Source: an uncultured Leptospirales bacterium (GTDB lineage: Bacteria > Spirochaetota > UBA4802 > UBA5550). Taken from it: 64,000 bases of DNA. The notes beneath the pieces are model-generated. The model was not told where the DNA came from. It saw nothing but the letters and a program-made list of their open reading frames with translations, and made no database searches. The DNA lies in the NCBI GenBank assembly GCA_964529415.1, contig CAZGWD010000013.1, positions 29,466 through 93,465 on the forward strand, read 5' to 3'. The translations under genes and the position numbers were made by a program. Positions 8,266 to 19,809 of this stretch are shown here, in pieces (the first letter of the stretch is position 1; each line of letters opens with the position of its first letter).

Positions 8266-9256
8266 AATAAAAGAAGCTCTATTCTATGAAAAAAACGGCA
8301 GTGACGTTAAATGCCTGCTCTGCCCGCATAACTGTAAAGTACTGCCTGGAAAATCCGGTATATGCGGCGTAAGATCAAACCATGACGGAATTCTTAAAAC
8401 AGAAATCTATGGCATGGTAACCGGATCCTCTCTTGACCCTATTGAAAAAAAACCTTTGTATCATTTTTATCCCGGGAGCAGTATATTTTCTATAGGCACA
8501 AGGGGCTGCAATATGAAATGCCCCTACTGCCAGAACTGGCACATATCTCAGAACCTGAAAGCCCGCGCATCATACTATTCGCCGCAGCAGATTGTAGAGG
8601 CTGCATTAAATTCCAATTCAATAGGAATCGCATATACATATTCAGAGCCTGTTATATGGATCGAATATGTACTGGATGCTTCAAGGCTCGCTGCAGCAAA
8701 GGGGCTGAAAAATGTCCTTGTAACAAACGGATATATCAATAAAGAACCGCTTGATGAATTGCTGAAAACAACACATGCAATGAATATAGATCTTAAAACA
8801 TTTAAAGAAGATACGTATAAAAAAATCCACAAAGCCGGTCTGGCTGATATCAAGGCATCAATTGAAACTGCTTTCAGCAAAGGCTGCCATATCGAAATTA
8901 CCACCCTTATAGTTACAGGCGTTAATGATGATATGGACGAGATGATGGCTATAGCAGATTATATTGCATCAATCGATAAAAATATTCCCTGGCATATATC
9001 ACGGTACTATCCGAATTATAAATACGATAAGCCTGAAACCAGTTTGGATTTTTTACTTGGTGTTTACAAGGCCGCATCGGGTAAACTGAATTTTGTTTAT
9101 ACAGGAAATATACCTTATAATGCATCAGGATCGGATACGGTTTGTTCTTCATGCGGAAATGTTTTGATAAGGCGAAAAGGCTACAGTATAGAAATAAAAG
9201 GGATGAAGAATAATAAGTGCGGAAAGTGCGGACACGATGCAGAAATAATAATCTAA
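8246..9256 (+). CDS. AmmeMemoRadiSam-type radical SAM enzyme
   Basis: The N-terminus EALFYEKNGSDVKCLLCPHNCKVLPGKSGICGVRSNHDG matches the family's characteristic N-terminal Cys-rich region. It is followed by the radical SAM cluster CNMKCPYCQN. The gene overlaps the bactofilin 3' end by 20 nt. Confidence 0.6.
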   Translation: MLKNQPEIKEALFYEKNGSDVKCLLCPHNCKVLPGKSGICGVRSNHDGILKTEIYGMVTGSSLDPIEKKPLYHFYPGSSIFSIGTRGCNMKCPYCQNWHISQNLKARASYYSPQQIVEAALNSNSIGIAYTYSEPVIWIEYVLDASRLAAAKGLKNVLVTNGYINKEPLDELLKTTHAMNIDLKTFKEDTYKKIHKAGLADIKASIETAFSKGCHIEITTLIVTGVNDDMDEMMAIADYIASIDKNIPWHISRYYPNYKYDKPETSLDFLLGVYKAASGKLNFVYTGNIPYNASGSDTVCSSCGNVLIRRKGYSIEIKGMKNNKCGKCGHDAEIII

Positions 9257-9293
9257 AATAAAAAAGCACTAATCTATTCGTTAAATGTTATAG

Positions 9294-10448
9294 TTATAAT
9301 TTTTTTATACAGATTATTGTGATGTCATCCTCCTGTATTGAGTAGTCGGTAAATTCATAATATGAGCTTAGAACATCAATTATAACAGAATTTGAACTGG
9401 TTTTGTCAGAGTTAAGCATGGCATTTATTAATCGTTCCTCTCCAAACATTTCAGTTTTATCACCTGACCAGGCTTCAGTTATACCATCAGAATACATCAG
9501 TAATATGTCGCCGCTTTCCATCGTGAATTTCGTATCAAGATATTCTGCATCTTTTAATACTCCGAGCATTGTACCTTTTGTTTTTACCCATGAAAATTTC
9601 CCTTGATCGGCGTGGTACAGCAAAGAGGGCGGATGACCCGCAGAGCTGTATGTTATTTCTCCGTTTCCCGCATTAATATCACAAGTTGCTGCAGTTGCGA
9701 GATAATAACTGTTTGATAGATTATTTGTCATGTCATTATTGACTCTTTGGATTATTTCAGATGGCCGCAGCAGTTCTTTCTGGAAAATCCGGAAAAGGCT
9801 TCTTATTTCATTACCTATATATGAAGTGGCAATACCATGGCCTGCGACATCACACACTATGAGGCGGGTGTTATTTTCCGAATATCTTATCCCGTCGAGG
9901 AAATCTCCGGATAGGTCTTCTGCAGGCAGCATTGAAAATGTTATATCAAAATTTTCAGTGCTTTTAAAATCAGGCAGAGATGACGCCTGTATTTCGCGGA
10001 CTTTGAAGATTTCTTTTTTATATCGATCCATCTCATGTCTTTCGTATTGTTTTAGTCTGTTGTATTCAACCGCTTTAAGAAGAGTTTTCTTAAACATCTG
10101 AGAGTCAATAGGTTTTATTATATAGTCAAAAACACCCAGCCTCAATGTATTTATTATTGCATTTGAGGTATCAACAACAGTCTGGACAAGTATCACAGGA
10201 TCTGCTGCAATTTCTTTTATGGCTGATATTAATTCATATCCGTCCATGTCCGGAAGAATCATATCTATTATAAAAATTGAATATTTATTTTTACGGATAA
10301 GCTCGATTGCGGGTTTTCCATCAGCTGCAGTATCTATCGGCAGACCAATTTCAATGCAGAGGTGTTCAATAAATTTTCTTGCTGTTGCTGAATCCTCTAT
10401 AATTAAAACAGGGTCAATTGTTTTTATATATCTATTAAGTTTATCCAT
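9294..10448 (-). CDS. response-regulator receiver domain fused to PP2C/SpoIIE-type phosphatase (RsbU-like)
   Basis: N-terminal CheY-like receiver (VLIIEDSATARKF...IIDMILPDMDGYEL) and a C-terminal PP2C region with CDVAGHGIATSY and MYSDGITEA motifs. Confidence 0.75.
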   Translation of the reverse strand: MDKLNRYIKTIDPVLIIEDSATARKFIEHLCIEIGLPIDTAADGKPAIELIRKNKYSIFIIDMILPDMDGYELISAIKEIAADPVILVQTVVDTSNAIINTLRLGVFDYIIKPIDSQMFKKTLLKAVEYNRLKQYERHEMDRYKKEIFKVREIQASSLPDFKSTENFDITFSMLPAEDLSGDFLDGIRYSENNTRLIVCDVAGHGIATSYIGNEIRSLFRIFQKELLRPSEIIQRVNNDMTNNLSNSYYLATAATCDINAGNGEITYSSAGHPPSLLYHADQGKFSWVKTKGTMLGVLKDAEYLDTKFTMESGDILLMYSDGITEAWSGDKTEMFGEERLINAMLNSDKTSSNSVIIDVLSSYYEFTDYSIQEDDITIICIKKL

Positions 10449-10793
10449 TCTGGTTATAAATTTATATAATTAAAAAAATGAAAGCATAATTTTATTAATA
10501 AAATGTTTCTAATAACATGCAGGTTTTTTTTAAATAAGTTATACTGACATTTGTTAAATTATTAAAATTTATTATAAAATTACAGTAAATAGGCATAAAG
10601 AAGAAGACATTAACATTATTAGACTAATATTCAACAAATAAACGGGTAAATCCTTAATTTCCAATAAAAAAATTTAAAATTCTTATAAATTCTTTAAAAA
10701 AACTTTATATGTTCATGCGTACATCTTTTTTTAATTGACATCTGGTAAAATTTAAAAAAAGATGTAGTTATATATTGAAAAACTGGAAATGAA

Positions 10794-11528
10794 ATGAAGA
10801 AACCCCGATCGATTATACCGAATTTATTTACAATGGCAAATATGCTTATCGGTTTTGTAGCTATAATTTTTGCAAGCAGAGGCGACTCGGTTTCACTTGC
10901 ATATGCCGGGATTATGATTTTTATCGCATCTTTTTTTGATCTTGCTGACGGCGCAATTGCCCGCGCTTTAAATGTCCAGAGTTCAATGGGAGTTCAGCTC
11001 GATTCTCTTGCTGATGCGATTTCATACGGCATAGCTCCGGGTATAATTGTATATCAGGCATTCCTTATTAAATTACCGGAAATAGGATGCGGCTTTAATT
11101 ACGGTATTTTAATTGCTTCAATTTATCCAACTTGTGCTGTTTACAGGCTTGCGCGGTTTAATTTATCAGAAAAAGCCAAGGGATTTAACGGACTGCCTTC
11201 ACCTGCTGCTGGAATATTTATTACCTCATTTGCTGCTTTATCTCCATTGAATCTTCCTGTTATAGGAGATATTGGCTATAATCTGCCAATTGAGGTATTT
11301 ATTGTAATTTATATTATAGTAAGTTTAATAATGGTAACCACAATCGATTACAGCAAAATTTTTAATGATGTAGTGAAAAAAGGTGTTGTTCCAATAATCG
11401 CAACAATAATCTTTATAGTTCTAATGCTGGTTTTCCTGAAAATGTGGGCTGTTCTTATAGTAACAGGAATTTATATTTTTGGTGGAGTCCTTATTCATCT
11501 GGTTAAGTTTTTTTTGAAAAAGAAATAG
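10794..11528 (+). CDS. pssA: CDP-alcohol phosphatidyltransferase (phosphatidylserine synthase-like)
   Basis: CDP-OH transferase motif DLADGAIARALN...GVQLDSLAD and multiple TM helices. Confidence 0.75.
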   Translation: MKKPRSIIPNLFTMANMLIGFVAIIFASRGDSVSLAYAGIMIFIASFFDLADGAIARALNVQSSMGVQLDSLADAISYGIAPGIIVYQAFLIKLPEIGCGFNYGILIASIYPTCAVYRLARFNLSEKAKGFNGLPSPAAGIFITSFAALSPLNLPVIGDIGYNLPIEVFIVIYIIVSLIMVTTIDYSKIFNDVVKKGVVPIIATIIFIVLMLVFLKMWAVLIVTGIYIFGGVLIHLVKFFLKKK

Positions 11529-11670
11529 CTTAACTCCTGTCTAAATTTCTTTTTATAATAATTCATTATTTCAGATGAATTACCTCCTTCAATTGTTTTT
11601 ATTCAAATAAACCAATCAATTTTCCATACTGCTTTATTCAGCATTTAAATTTTTTATCAGGAGAAAAAAA

Positions 11671-12150
11671 ATGGAATTTTCCCATTATTCAAAAGATGGA
11701 ACATCGGTAATGGTGGATGTTTCAGATAAAAAAATTACTTTCAGAACTGCAAAGGCATACGGTTTTGTTAAAATGAAACCGGATACGCTTGATCTTATTG
11801 AAAAAAATCTTCTTCCAAAAGGGAATCTTTTTGAAACTGCAAGAATAGCTGGGATTCTTGGTGCGAAAAAAAATTCTGAATTAATCCCCATGTGTCATCC
11901 TCTGAATATTTCCTATATTGGTGTTGATCTTAAAATGGATTATAAATTATGCGGTATCTCCATTTTTTCTGAAATCAGACTGGAGGGGAAAACCGGCGCT
12001 GAAATGGAAGCGCTTGCTGCTGTTTCCATTGCCGCTCTTACAGTTTATGACATGTGTAAGGCTGTTGATAAGGAAATGATTATTGAAAATATTAAATTAA
12101 TTGAAAAAACCGGAGGAAAATCAGACTATAAACTTGATAATCTTAATTAA
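11671..12150 (+). CDS. moaC: cyclic pyranopterin monophosphate synthase accessory protein MoaC
   Basis: Conserved MoaC segments (MVDVSDK...AYG, PKGNLFETARIAGILGAKK, IPMCHPL). Confidence 0.85.
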   Translation: MEFSHYSKDGTSVMVDVSDKKITFRTAKAYGFVKMKPDTLDLIEKNLLPKGNLFETARIAGILGAKKNSELIPMCHPLNISYIGVDLKMDYKLCGISIFSEIRLEGKTGAEMEALAAVSIAALTVYDMCKAVDKEMIIENIKLIEKTGGKSDYKLDNLN

Positions 12151-12266
12151 TGTCGATTAATTTGAATTTCTTCGAAATTCGGTGTTATTCTGTCTTATAG
12201 CGATATAATTAGCTTTAATCATTTATAAACGCCTATAATTGATGTTGTTGATTTTATAAATCTGAT

Positions 12267-12320
12267 ATATTATTATCTTGTTAGCACTCGCTTTAATGAG
12301 TGCTAACAAGATAATAATAT
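12267..12320. promoter_or_regulatory. CIRCE-type HrcA operator upstream of groES
   Basis: A perfect 23-bp inverted repeat atattattatcttgTTAGCACTC / GAGTGCTAAcaagataataatat separated by an 8-nt spacer (gctttaat). It contains the canonical CIRCE half-sites, which usually flank an N9 spacer, and lies about 90 nt upstream of the groES start. Confidence 0.8.
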
Positions 12321-12407
12321 TTCGTGATATATTTTAAAAATGAGATTTAAATCACGTAAAAACATCTATTTATGTTTAAAATAATCAAAAAATTTTAGGA
12401 GGCTAAA

Positions 12408-12695
12408 GTGGCAATTAAACCAATTGGAGATCGTCTGCTTGTTGAAGTTCTTGAAGCAGAAGTAGAAAAAGTCGGTTCGATTTATGTACCTGATACAGCT
12501 AAAGAAAAACCCAATCAGGGTAAAGTAGCAGCTGTTGGTGAAGGCAGAAGAGGAGAAAATGACAAGCTGATTCCTTTAACTGTTAAAAAAGGCGACAAAA
12601 TTCTTTATGGAAAGTATTCAGGAACAGAGATTGAATATGAAGGTAAAAAATATCTGATTATTCAGGAAAGTGAAGTTCTTGCTGTGATTGAATAA
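12408..12695 (+). CDS. groES: co-chaperonin GroES
   Basis: GTG start 5 nt after AGGAGG. Protein [14 protein letters not shown]...[17 protein letters not shown] has classic GroES length and motifs. Confidence 0.95.
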   Translation: MAIKPIGDRLLVEVLEAEVEKVGSIYVPDTAKEKPNQGKVAAVGEGRRGENDKLIPLTVKKGDKILYGKYSGTEIEYEGKKYLIIQESEVLAVIE

Positions 12696-12735
12696 TCCGG
12701 CAAAAATTAAAATTATTATTATTAAATATCATTAA

Positions 12736-14394
<1,659 letters not shown>

Positions 14395-14427
14395 GATTAA
14401 AAATTTAAAAAAAGAATTATTTCAAAA

Positions 14428-14458
14428 GAGGCGCCTGAAAGGGTGCCTCTTTTTTTTG
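14428..14458 (+). terminator. rho-independent terminator after groEL
   Basis: gaggcgcc-tgaaa-gggtgcctc stem-loop followed by a T9 run. Confidence 0.75.
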
Positions 14459-14516
14459 TTCAGAAAATAGCGTCATTTTATATTTCAGCAAGTTCAGATA
14501 AAAACCGATTAGATAT

Positions 14517-15422
14517 ATGGGAAATCATTTTTTTATAGAGGGATTATTGTCTGAAGAAATTCAAATCCAAAACTCACTGCGCGATCAATTCGGTTTTGAG
14601 GAAATAATCCGGAATCAGGAGAATATTTATAAGCATGGTTCTTCTCTTGATTTAACTAATATTTCATTCATTGAACCATATTCAATGCTCTCCCTTCTGC
14701 TGATTGGACGGAATTTTCTAAGGCAAAAGGGTGAAAGGCTTAAGCTTGTAAATATTCCGTTAAATATACTTCAATATCTTGATAGAATGGATTTTAATAA
14801 AACCGGAATTTTTGAAATCAATGAAAAAATTCCGGATCAGATGCTTTTGAAAAGAAGTTCTCAAAGCAAAAGCATAATTGAAATAAAAGAAATTCCAAAT
14901 AAAGAAAGAGAAAGCGTTAAAGTGATATCAGAAGTAATAAAACTTTTCAGGAAACGGGCTTCATATATATTACGATTCTGGTTTGATGCAAATATAATAG
15001 ATTATTTTGTTACTGTGATCTCGGAATTATGCCAGAATATTTTTGAGCACAGTCTTGATTCAGGTTATATAACTCTTCAGAGTTATTCTAACGGCAGAAC
15101 GAATACAGTTCGCCTTGTTATTTCTGATTCAGGTATCGGTATAATTAAAAGTTTTGAAAAAACTGATGTTGAGTATTCAAGTTCAGCGGATCTGATCAAA
15201 AAGTCAATGACTACTCCCATATCGAGCAAGAGAAAAAACGGTTATGGTCTGTGTCAGGTTTATTCAATCATGGAAAAAATAAACGGTGATATATTTATAA
15301 GATCTGAAAATGCATCTGTAGCAATTTTATTCAGCAGAAATAAAAATACTCCACATGTGTTTGTAAAAGATGATCTGGATTATTTCAATGGAACGCAGAT
15401 TTCTCTTTCTCTAACAGCTTAA
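14517..15422 (+). CDS. STAS-like domain fused to GHKL/HATPase serine-kinase-like domain (RsbW/SpoIIAB-like)
   Basis: The N-terminal ~100 aa look like an anti-sigma antagonist (SLDLTNISFIEPYSMLSLLLIGRNFLRQKGERLKLVNIP). The C-terminal part has an N-box ELCQNIFEHSLDSG, a G-box ISDSGIGI and GYGLCQV. Confidence 0.5.
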   Translation: MGNHFFIEGLLSEEIQIQNSLRDQFGFEEIIRNQENIYKHGSSLDLTNISFIEPYSMLSLLLIGRNFLRQKGERLKLVNIPLNILQYLDRMDFNKTGIFEINEKIPDQMLLKRSSQSKSIIEIKEIPNKERESVKVISEVIKLFRKRASYILRFWFDANIIDYFVTVISELCQNIFEHSLDSGYITLQSYSNGRTNTVRLVISDSGIGIIKSFEKTDVEYSSSADLIKKSMTTPISSKRKNGYGLCQVYSIMEKINGDIFIRSENASVAILFSRNKNTPHVFVKDDLDYFNGTQISLSLTA

Positions 15423-15432
15423 AGGTAAATGG

Positions 15433-15981
15433 ATGATAATAACAATATTAAAAAAAGTAAAAGACTTAAAAATTTCTGCACCTGATCTTATTACAAGACC
15501 TTCAGGTAAAAAAGTTTTTGAAAGCGTAAAATCATCACTGGATATTATCTCGGAAAATGAGACTATTCTGATTGATTTTAAAGGTATTGGAGTTATTGAC
15601 TCTTCATTTATAGACGAATTCATTGTAAAGCTAATATTGGAATCAAAAAAAGAAGAAAAGCCGTTTTTTATTAAATTGAAAAATATATCCGATATTGCTG
15701 AAATTAATATTGACTCGGTATTTAAATCCTATTCTAATTACAACAAAGAGAGAATGGTTGTTATTACAGACGATATCAGAAAAAATAACAGTTTTTTTAT
15801 CGGTACTCTGGAAGAATTTGAAAAAAGTTTGCTGGCATTCTTAAGAGTAAATAAAAATGCCGGAGTTGATGAGCTCGCATCTAATCTCGAAAAATCAATA
15901 GATGAAACAGCATCAATTCTTGACAGGCTTTATGCAGAACGGTTAATAAAAAAAATTAAAGGATATTATTTCTTCATATAA
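15433..15981 (+). CDS. STAS-like (DUF4325-like) protein with C-terminal winged-helix-like segment
   Basis: ILIDFKGIGVIDSSFIDEFIVKL resembles STAS/DUF4325. The C-terminus (VDELASNLEKSIDETASILDRLYAERLIKK) looks like an HTH. The gene starts 11 nt after the previous one. Confidence 0.4.
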   Translation: MIITILKKVKDLKISAPDLITRPSGKKVFESVKSSLDIISENETILIDFKGIGVIDSSFIDEFIVKLILESKKEEKPFFIKLKNISDIAEINIDSVFKSYSNYNKERMVVITDDIRKNNSFFIGTLEEFEKSLLAFLRVNKNAGVDELASNLEKSIDETASILDRLYAERLIKKIKGYYFFI

Positions 15982-15989
15982 ATAATTTT

Positions 15990-16451
15990 ATGAAACCTTT
16001 AGCCGCCAAACAAAAAACCGATGACAGTCTTTTTGGTCTTTTAGCCGCCTATAAAACATATGTAACATACTTAAGAGTGCTTGTTTCTAAAGAGGAAAAA
16101 AAAATAGTGGTCCAGATTACATCCAATCCCGGAAACTGGTTGAAGAATACGGATGACAGTTATAAAAATTTCAGAGCTATGAGAAGACTTGAAATCGGTG
16201 CATCAAAACTTTCTATAAAATATCTGCTTCCTGAGCATATATTGAAAATTATCGGTCCGACTTTAGGAATTGATATTCCTTTAAATTCAATTGCAATATT
16301 TAATAATATTGAACAGAATGGAATTCTATCCCTTGAGGCGCATATTAAATATGAAAGTAAGATACTGCATGCTTTAAACAGACTGCTAAAATCAAGCCCC
16401 CAGAAAAAATATGAAATTCTGGAGAAATGTATGGCTGAATCACAGGTATAA
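15990..16451 (+). CDS. hypothetical protein
   Basis: 153-aa ORF tightly packed in the same operon (8-nt gap). No recognisable motif. Confidence 0.4.
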   Translation: MKPLAAKQKTDDSLFGLLAAYKTYVTYLRVLVSKEEKKIVVQITSNPGNWLKNTDDSYKNFRAMRRLEIGASKLSIKYLLPEHILKIIGPTLGIDIPLNSIAIFNNIEQNGILSLEAHIKYESKILHALNRLLKSSPQKKYEILEKCMAESQV

Positions 16452-16456
16452 ATGAA

Positions 16457-17473
16457 ATGGAAGAACAGATTAAAAGTATAGATATTGCCCTGAAATATAC
16501 AAACGGGGATATAACTAAAGCAAAAGAAATGGCTGCAGGTCATATCAACGATATCGTTGTTGTTAAAGGAAAATTTCTTGATATAGCATCGTCCCAGTCG
16601 GGACTTGTTCTTATTTTTTTTAATGTTGATTTTGAATACATTGCCAGCATAGAATCAATGATTGCAAATAACTCTGGAATTTTTGACAGGGCAAGAATTT
16701 TTGATGACTGGAAAGCTTTATATCTTGATCTGAAAACATTTCAGAATGGGCCTGAGTCAATTGAGCCCTCCGCATTTAATAATTCAATACTTCCTTCTGT
16801 AGCTCAGAATGATCTGTTTAAAAATGTTGAAGACGGTGATCTTGAGAGTATAAAGAAAAAATTGAATGCAGCAATATCTGCTTTTTATTCGGCTAAATCT
16901 GTACAGTTGCAGATTGAACTAAATAAAACAAATTCCATAGCACTTGATGTTGCAGGTCTGATTATTGACATACCGGGAAAAAAAGAAAAAGAGGATAATG
17001 AAAAAGAAAATCAGGCTGAAGAGACAGAATCCGAGAAAAGAATGGCTAAAATTGAACAGGATGCAATGTATGTTGTTAAAGGCAATTCTATTGTTTCTCC
17101 TGTTAGAGGTAAATTTATCAAAGATCTTCTGATTGGAGATAATATTAAAGTTGTATTACCGGATAAAGATATGGTAACACAGAAGATTCTTGATGCTGTT
17201 AATGCATACGATCAGGATAAAAAACCTTTGCCTGTTAAAGGAAGAGTGAAAGAGATAATTCCTCTTGAGAAAAACGGTTTTGTTATCTATACTCTTGTTG
17301 CAAAAGGAATACTTGCAAAACTCTTTGAAGAAGAAAACTTTAAGCTTATGATGTTCAATGAGCAAATGACAGACCAGAATCTTGAAAAAAGCGATCAGAA
17401 AATAATTTTTTTAGTATCCCTGCTTATTGGACTGATTTTACTTGCGGGAATAGTTTTAATCAAACTTCTGTAA
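16457..17473 (+). CDS. hypothetical protein with C-terminal TM anchor
   Basis: 338-aa ORF with an acidic low-complexity middle and a C-terminal hydrophobic helix (IIFLVSLLIGLILLAGIVLI). Confidence 0.45.
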   Translation: MEEQIKSIDIALKYTNGDITKAKEMAAGHINDIVVVKGKFLDIASSQSGLVLIFFNVDFEYIASIESMIANNSGIFDRARIFDDWKALYLDLKTFQNGPESIEPSAFNNSILPSVAQNDLFKNVEDGDLESIKKKLNAAISAFYSAKSVQLQIELNKTNSIALDVAGLIIDIPGKKEKEDNEKENQAEETESEKRMAKIEQDAMYVVKGNSIVSPVRGKFIKDLLIGDNIKVVLPDKDMVTQKILDAVNAYDQDKKPLPVKGRVKEIIPLEKNGFVIYTLVAKGILAKLFEEENFKLMMFNEQMTDQNLEKSDQKIIFLVSLLIGLILLAGIVLIKLL

Positions 17474-18369
17474 TGCATTACTGCAGATATTATATTTTAT
17501 TATTTATTGCTTTTATTCCGGTATTATTGCTTGCTCAAATGCCGGATTGGAGATTTTTTAAAGATAGAGAGGGCAATAAATATTTTTTTGATTCCGCCGG
17601 GAAAATTCATATTACATCACTTCCTGCATCAAATCGTAAAATTGTTTCAGCAGATGGTATTGATTATTATATAAATCTTGCAGAAGAAATTCTAAGCAGG
17701 AAAAAAATTGTAGAATCACTTCTTCTTTTCAAATCAATACTGGCCCTTCCGGACAACAATAACAGAATATACTCAGCAAGAGTCAGAGCCGCAAAAAATA
17801 TTGATAATTTGAGAAAAAAGAACGGTGACAGGTTCGAAAAATACAATATTGAAGCTTCTCTGCTTTTATATAAAACCGGAGATAGATCAATTATTCTAAA
17901 TGACTCTATGTTTTATTCTATGTCAAGCAAAGGTAAAATAAAATTAATCCGTTTTAAAATCAGGAATGAAAAGGATGAAATCTATCACGGAGCTTCTGTG
18001 GGAGTAAATTTCCAGGAAAAAGAAATCGCTGACAATAAATATGAATCTATAGTCGCTCTTGACGCGGTTAAAAAAAAGCATTCTATTTCATCTTTGGAAG
18101 AAATGATCGAAAACTGGAAAATGATTTTAGGAAAAGATACGCTTGTGCGTAATGAATTATTCAGGGATAAAGATACAGTTATTTATGAATTCAATTCTGG
18201 AATAAGTGATGAAAATTCGCAGATTTATAAAGGATTTGAAGTTCAGAAGTTTAACGGGAATTTTATATATTATTTAAGAATAGTTTCTTCAGGCATGAAA
18301 TTTGAAAAGAATAAAGATTCAATGAGGGATATGGCTCTCAGCTTTAAAACAGTTGCATTTGCAGAGTAA
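17473..18369 (+). CDS. hypothetical secreted protein (signal peptide)
   Basis: TAATG stop/start overlap with the upstream gene. The N-terminal signal peptide is YILLFIAFIPVLLLAQ. Confidence 0.45.
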   Translation: MHYCRYYILLFIAFIPVLLLAQMPDWRFFKDREGNKYFFDSAGKIHITSLPASNRKIVSADGIDYYINLAEEILSRKKIVESLLLFKSILALPDNNNRIYSARVRAAKNIDNLRKKNGDRFEKYNIEASLLLYKTGDRSIILNDSMFYSMSSKGKIKLIRFKIRNEKDEIYHGASVGVNFQEKEIADNKYESIVALDAVKKKHSISSLEEMIENWKMILGKDTLVRNELFRDKDTVIYEFNSGISDENSQIYKGFEVQKFNGNFIYYLRIVSSGMKFEKNKDSMRDMALSFKTVAFAE

Positions 18370-18371
18370 GT

Positions 18372-18827
18372 TTATCCCAGATAAACCATTGGAGTTTCGC
18401 CGCAGGTTTCCATGTTTTTGCATTTTACGCAGTCTTTCCATATTTTTTCAGGCAGAGTGTTTTTTTCAACTTCTGCGAATCCGTTTTTTTTGAAAAATTC
18501 CGGGGAATATGTAAGTGCAAATATTTTAGGTTTTGATTTTTCTGTAACAGTTCTGATTAAATATTTGACCAGTTCAGAGCCAATACCGCTGCTTTTAAAA
18601 TTTTTATCAACAGCGAGAGAGCGGATTTCTATTAATGCAGGACCGTAATCATAATAAGATACAACTCCTTTTAGTGCGGAATTATCGACTGCAATAAAAA
18701 ATTTATCTATAGACCCGGAAATTTCATCTTTTGTTCTTTCAAGGATAGTTCCATCAATGGAATATCTGATCAGGAGATCAAATATTCCATTGACATCTGC
18801 AGATGAGGCTTTATGTATTTTTATCAT
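18372..18827 (-). CDS. GNAT family N-acetyltransferase
   Basis: GNAT motif A region LAVDKNFKSSGIGSELVKYL in a 151-aa protein. Confidence 0.7.
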   Translation of the reverse strand: MIKIHKASSADVNGIFDLLIRYSIDGTILERTKDEISGSIDKFFIAVDNSALKGVVSYYDYGPALIEIRSLAVDKNFKSSGIGSELVKYLIRTVTEKSKPKIFALTYSPEFFKKNGFAEVEKNTLPEKIWKDCVKCKNMETCGETPMVYLG

Positions 18828-19459
18828 TAAATTCTCTTTACAATTCGGCTGTTTGATGCTATTGAATATTCATTATATCCGGAGAATTTATTCAGAGAAG
18901 ATTTTGCGTCAAGTTGATTTTTAAAAGGGCCAATATAGATTTTAAAGGAATCTTTTGCTGTCTTTGAAAGTATAACTGTATGGCCCTTTGAGCTGAGAAA
19001 GCCTGCAATTTTCTGAGATTCTGCTTTATCGTATTCGCTTCCAACTTTAATTATAAACGGATAGTCTTCTTTTGGAAAAACATTTTCTTTTTGTCTGGCG
19101 TTTTGTGACTCATCTGCAGCTTTTGATCCGTTTGAATCTTTATTTATCAGGCCGGTAACTTTATTGCTTAATCCTGAAACTGCCTGTATGGTTTTATCAT
19201 CAACAATTTTTCTGTCGGAGCCGCCTGCAAACTTTATGCCAATCACAAGCCCTGCGGTAAACGAAATTATGCAGAGCGCTATTATAACGAACATCATCCG
19301 GTTGGCTTTTTTTCTGTGTTTCTCATTTTCACGCGGAGCAAAATCATTTGCCCGTGAATTATATTCAGTCATCCGAGGATAGAATTCCGGATCAATTCTT
19401 TCAAATTGAGCCGGATTATTTCTTAAATTTTTACCTTCATAAAAATCAATATTCTGCAT
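18827..19459 (-). CDS. SPOR-domain protein (single TM, C-terminal peptidoglycan-binding SPOR)
   Basis: A TM helix (MMFVIIALCIISFTAGLVIGI) and a C-terminal SPOR-like segment FIIKVGSEYDKAESQKIAGFLSSKGHTVILSK...YIGPFKNQLDAKSS. Confidence 0.6.
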   Translation of the reverse strand: MQNIDFYEGKNLRNNPAQFERIDPEFYPRMTEYNSRANDFAPRENEKHRKKANRMMFVIIALCIISFTAGLVIGIKFAGGSDRKIVDDKTIQAVSGLSNKVTGLINKDSNGSKAADESQNARQKENVFPKEDYPFIIKVGSEYDKAESQKIAGFLSSKGHTVILSKTAKDSFKIYIGPFKNQLDAKSSLNKFSGYNEYSIASNSRIVKRI

Positions 19460-19809
19460 ATTATCATCCTTTATAATAAGAGCGCTTCCGGAAATTCACA
19501 GCTGCATGACTTAATTTCTGATTTTATATTTAATTATTCACTTATATTTTCGTCAGAAATCTGCAGAATGTTTAATTTTTCATGAAGTTTTATTGATCTT
19601 TTGGAGCTTCTTTTTGATATAATTTATTAACTTTCCGAGCATATTTTTTATATTGACTATTTCCAATATTTAATATTATTATACATATCTAAAATTGAAA
19701 TATGCAGCAGACTAATGCTGAGCTTGGCTGAAGTTGAATCTGAGCCCCTGCGGCTGAATAGCTGAACAATTACATTTAAAAAAATAATTTTAAAAACAAT
19801 GAGGATTAA

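Noticed and set aside
19700-19790. Possible riboswitch or sRNA in the GC-richer patch upstream of dapF (gctgagcttggctgaagttgaatctgagcccctgcggctgaatagctgaac)
   Set aside because: No convincing stem-loops and no resemblance to the lysine riboswitch consensus. Probably just promoter/leader sequence.
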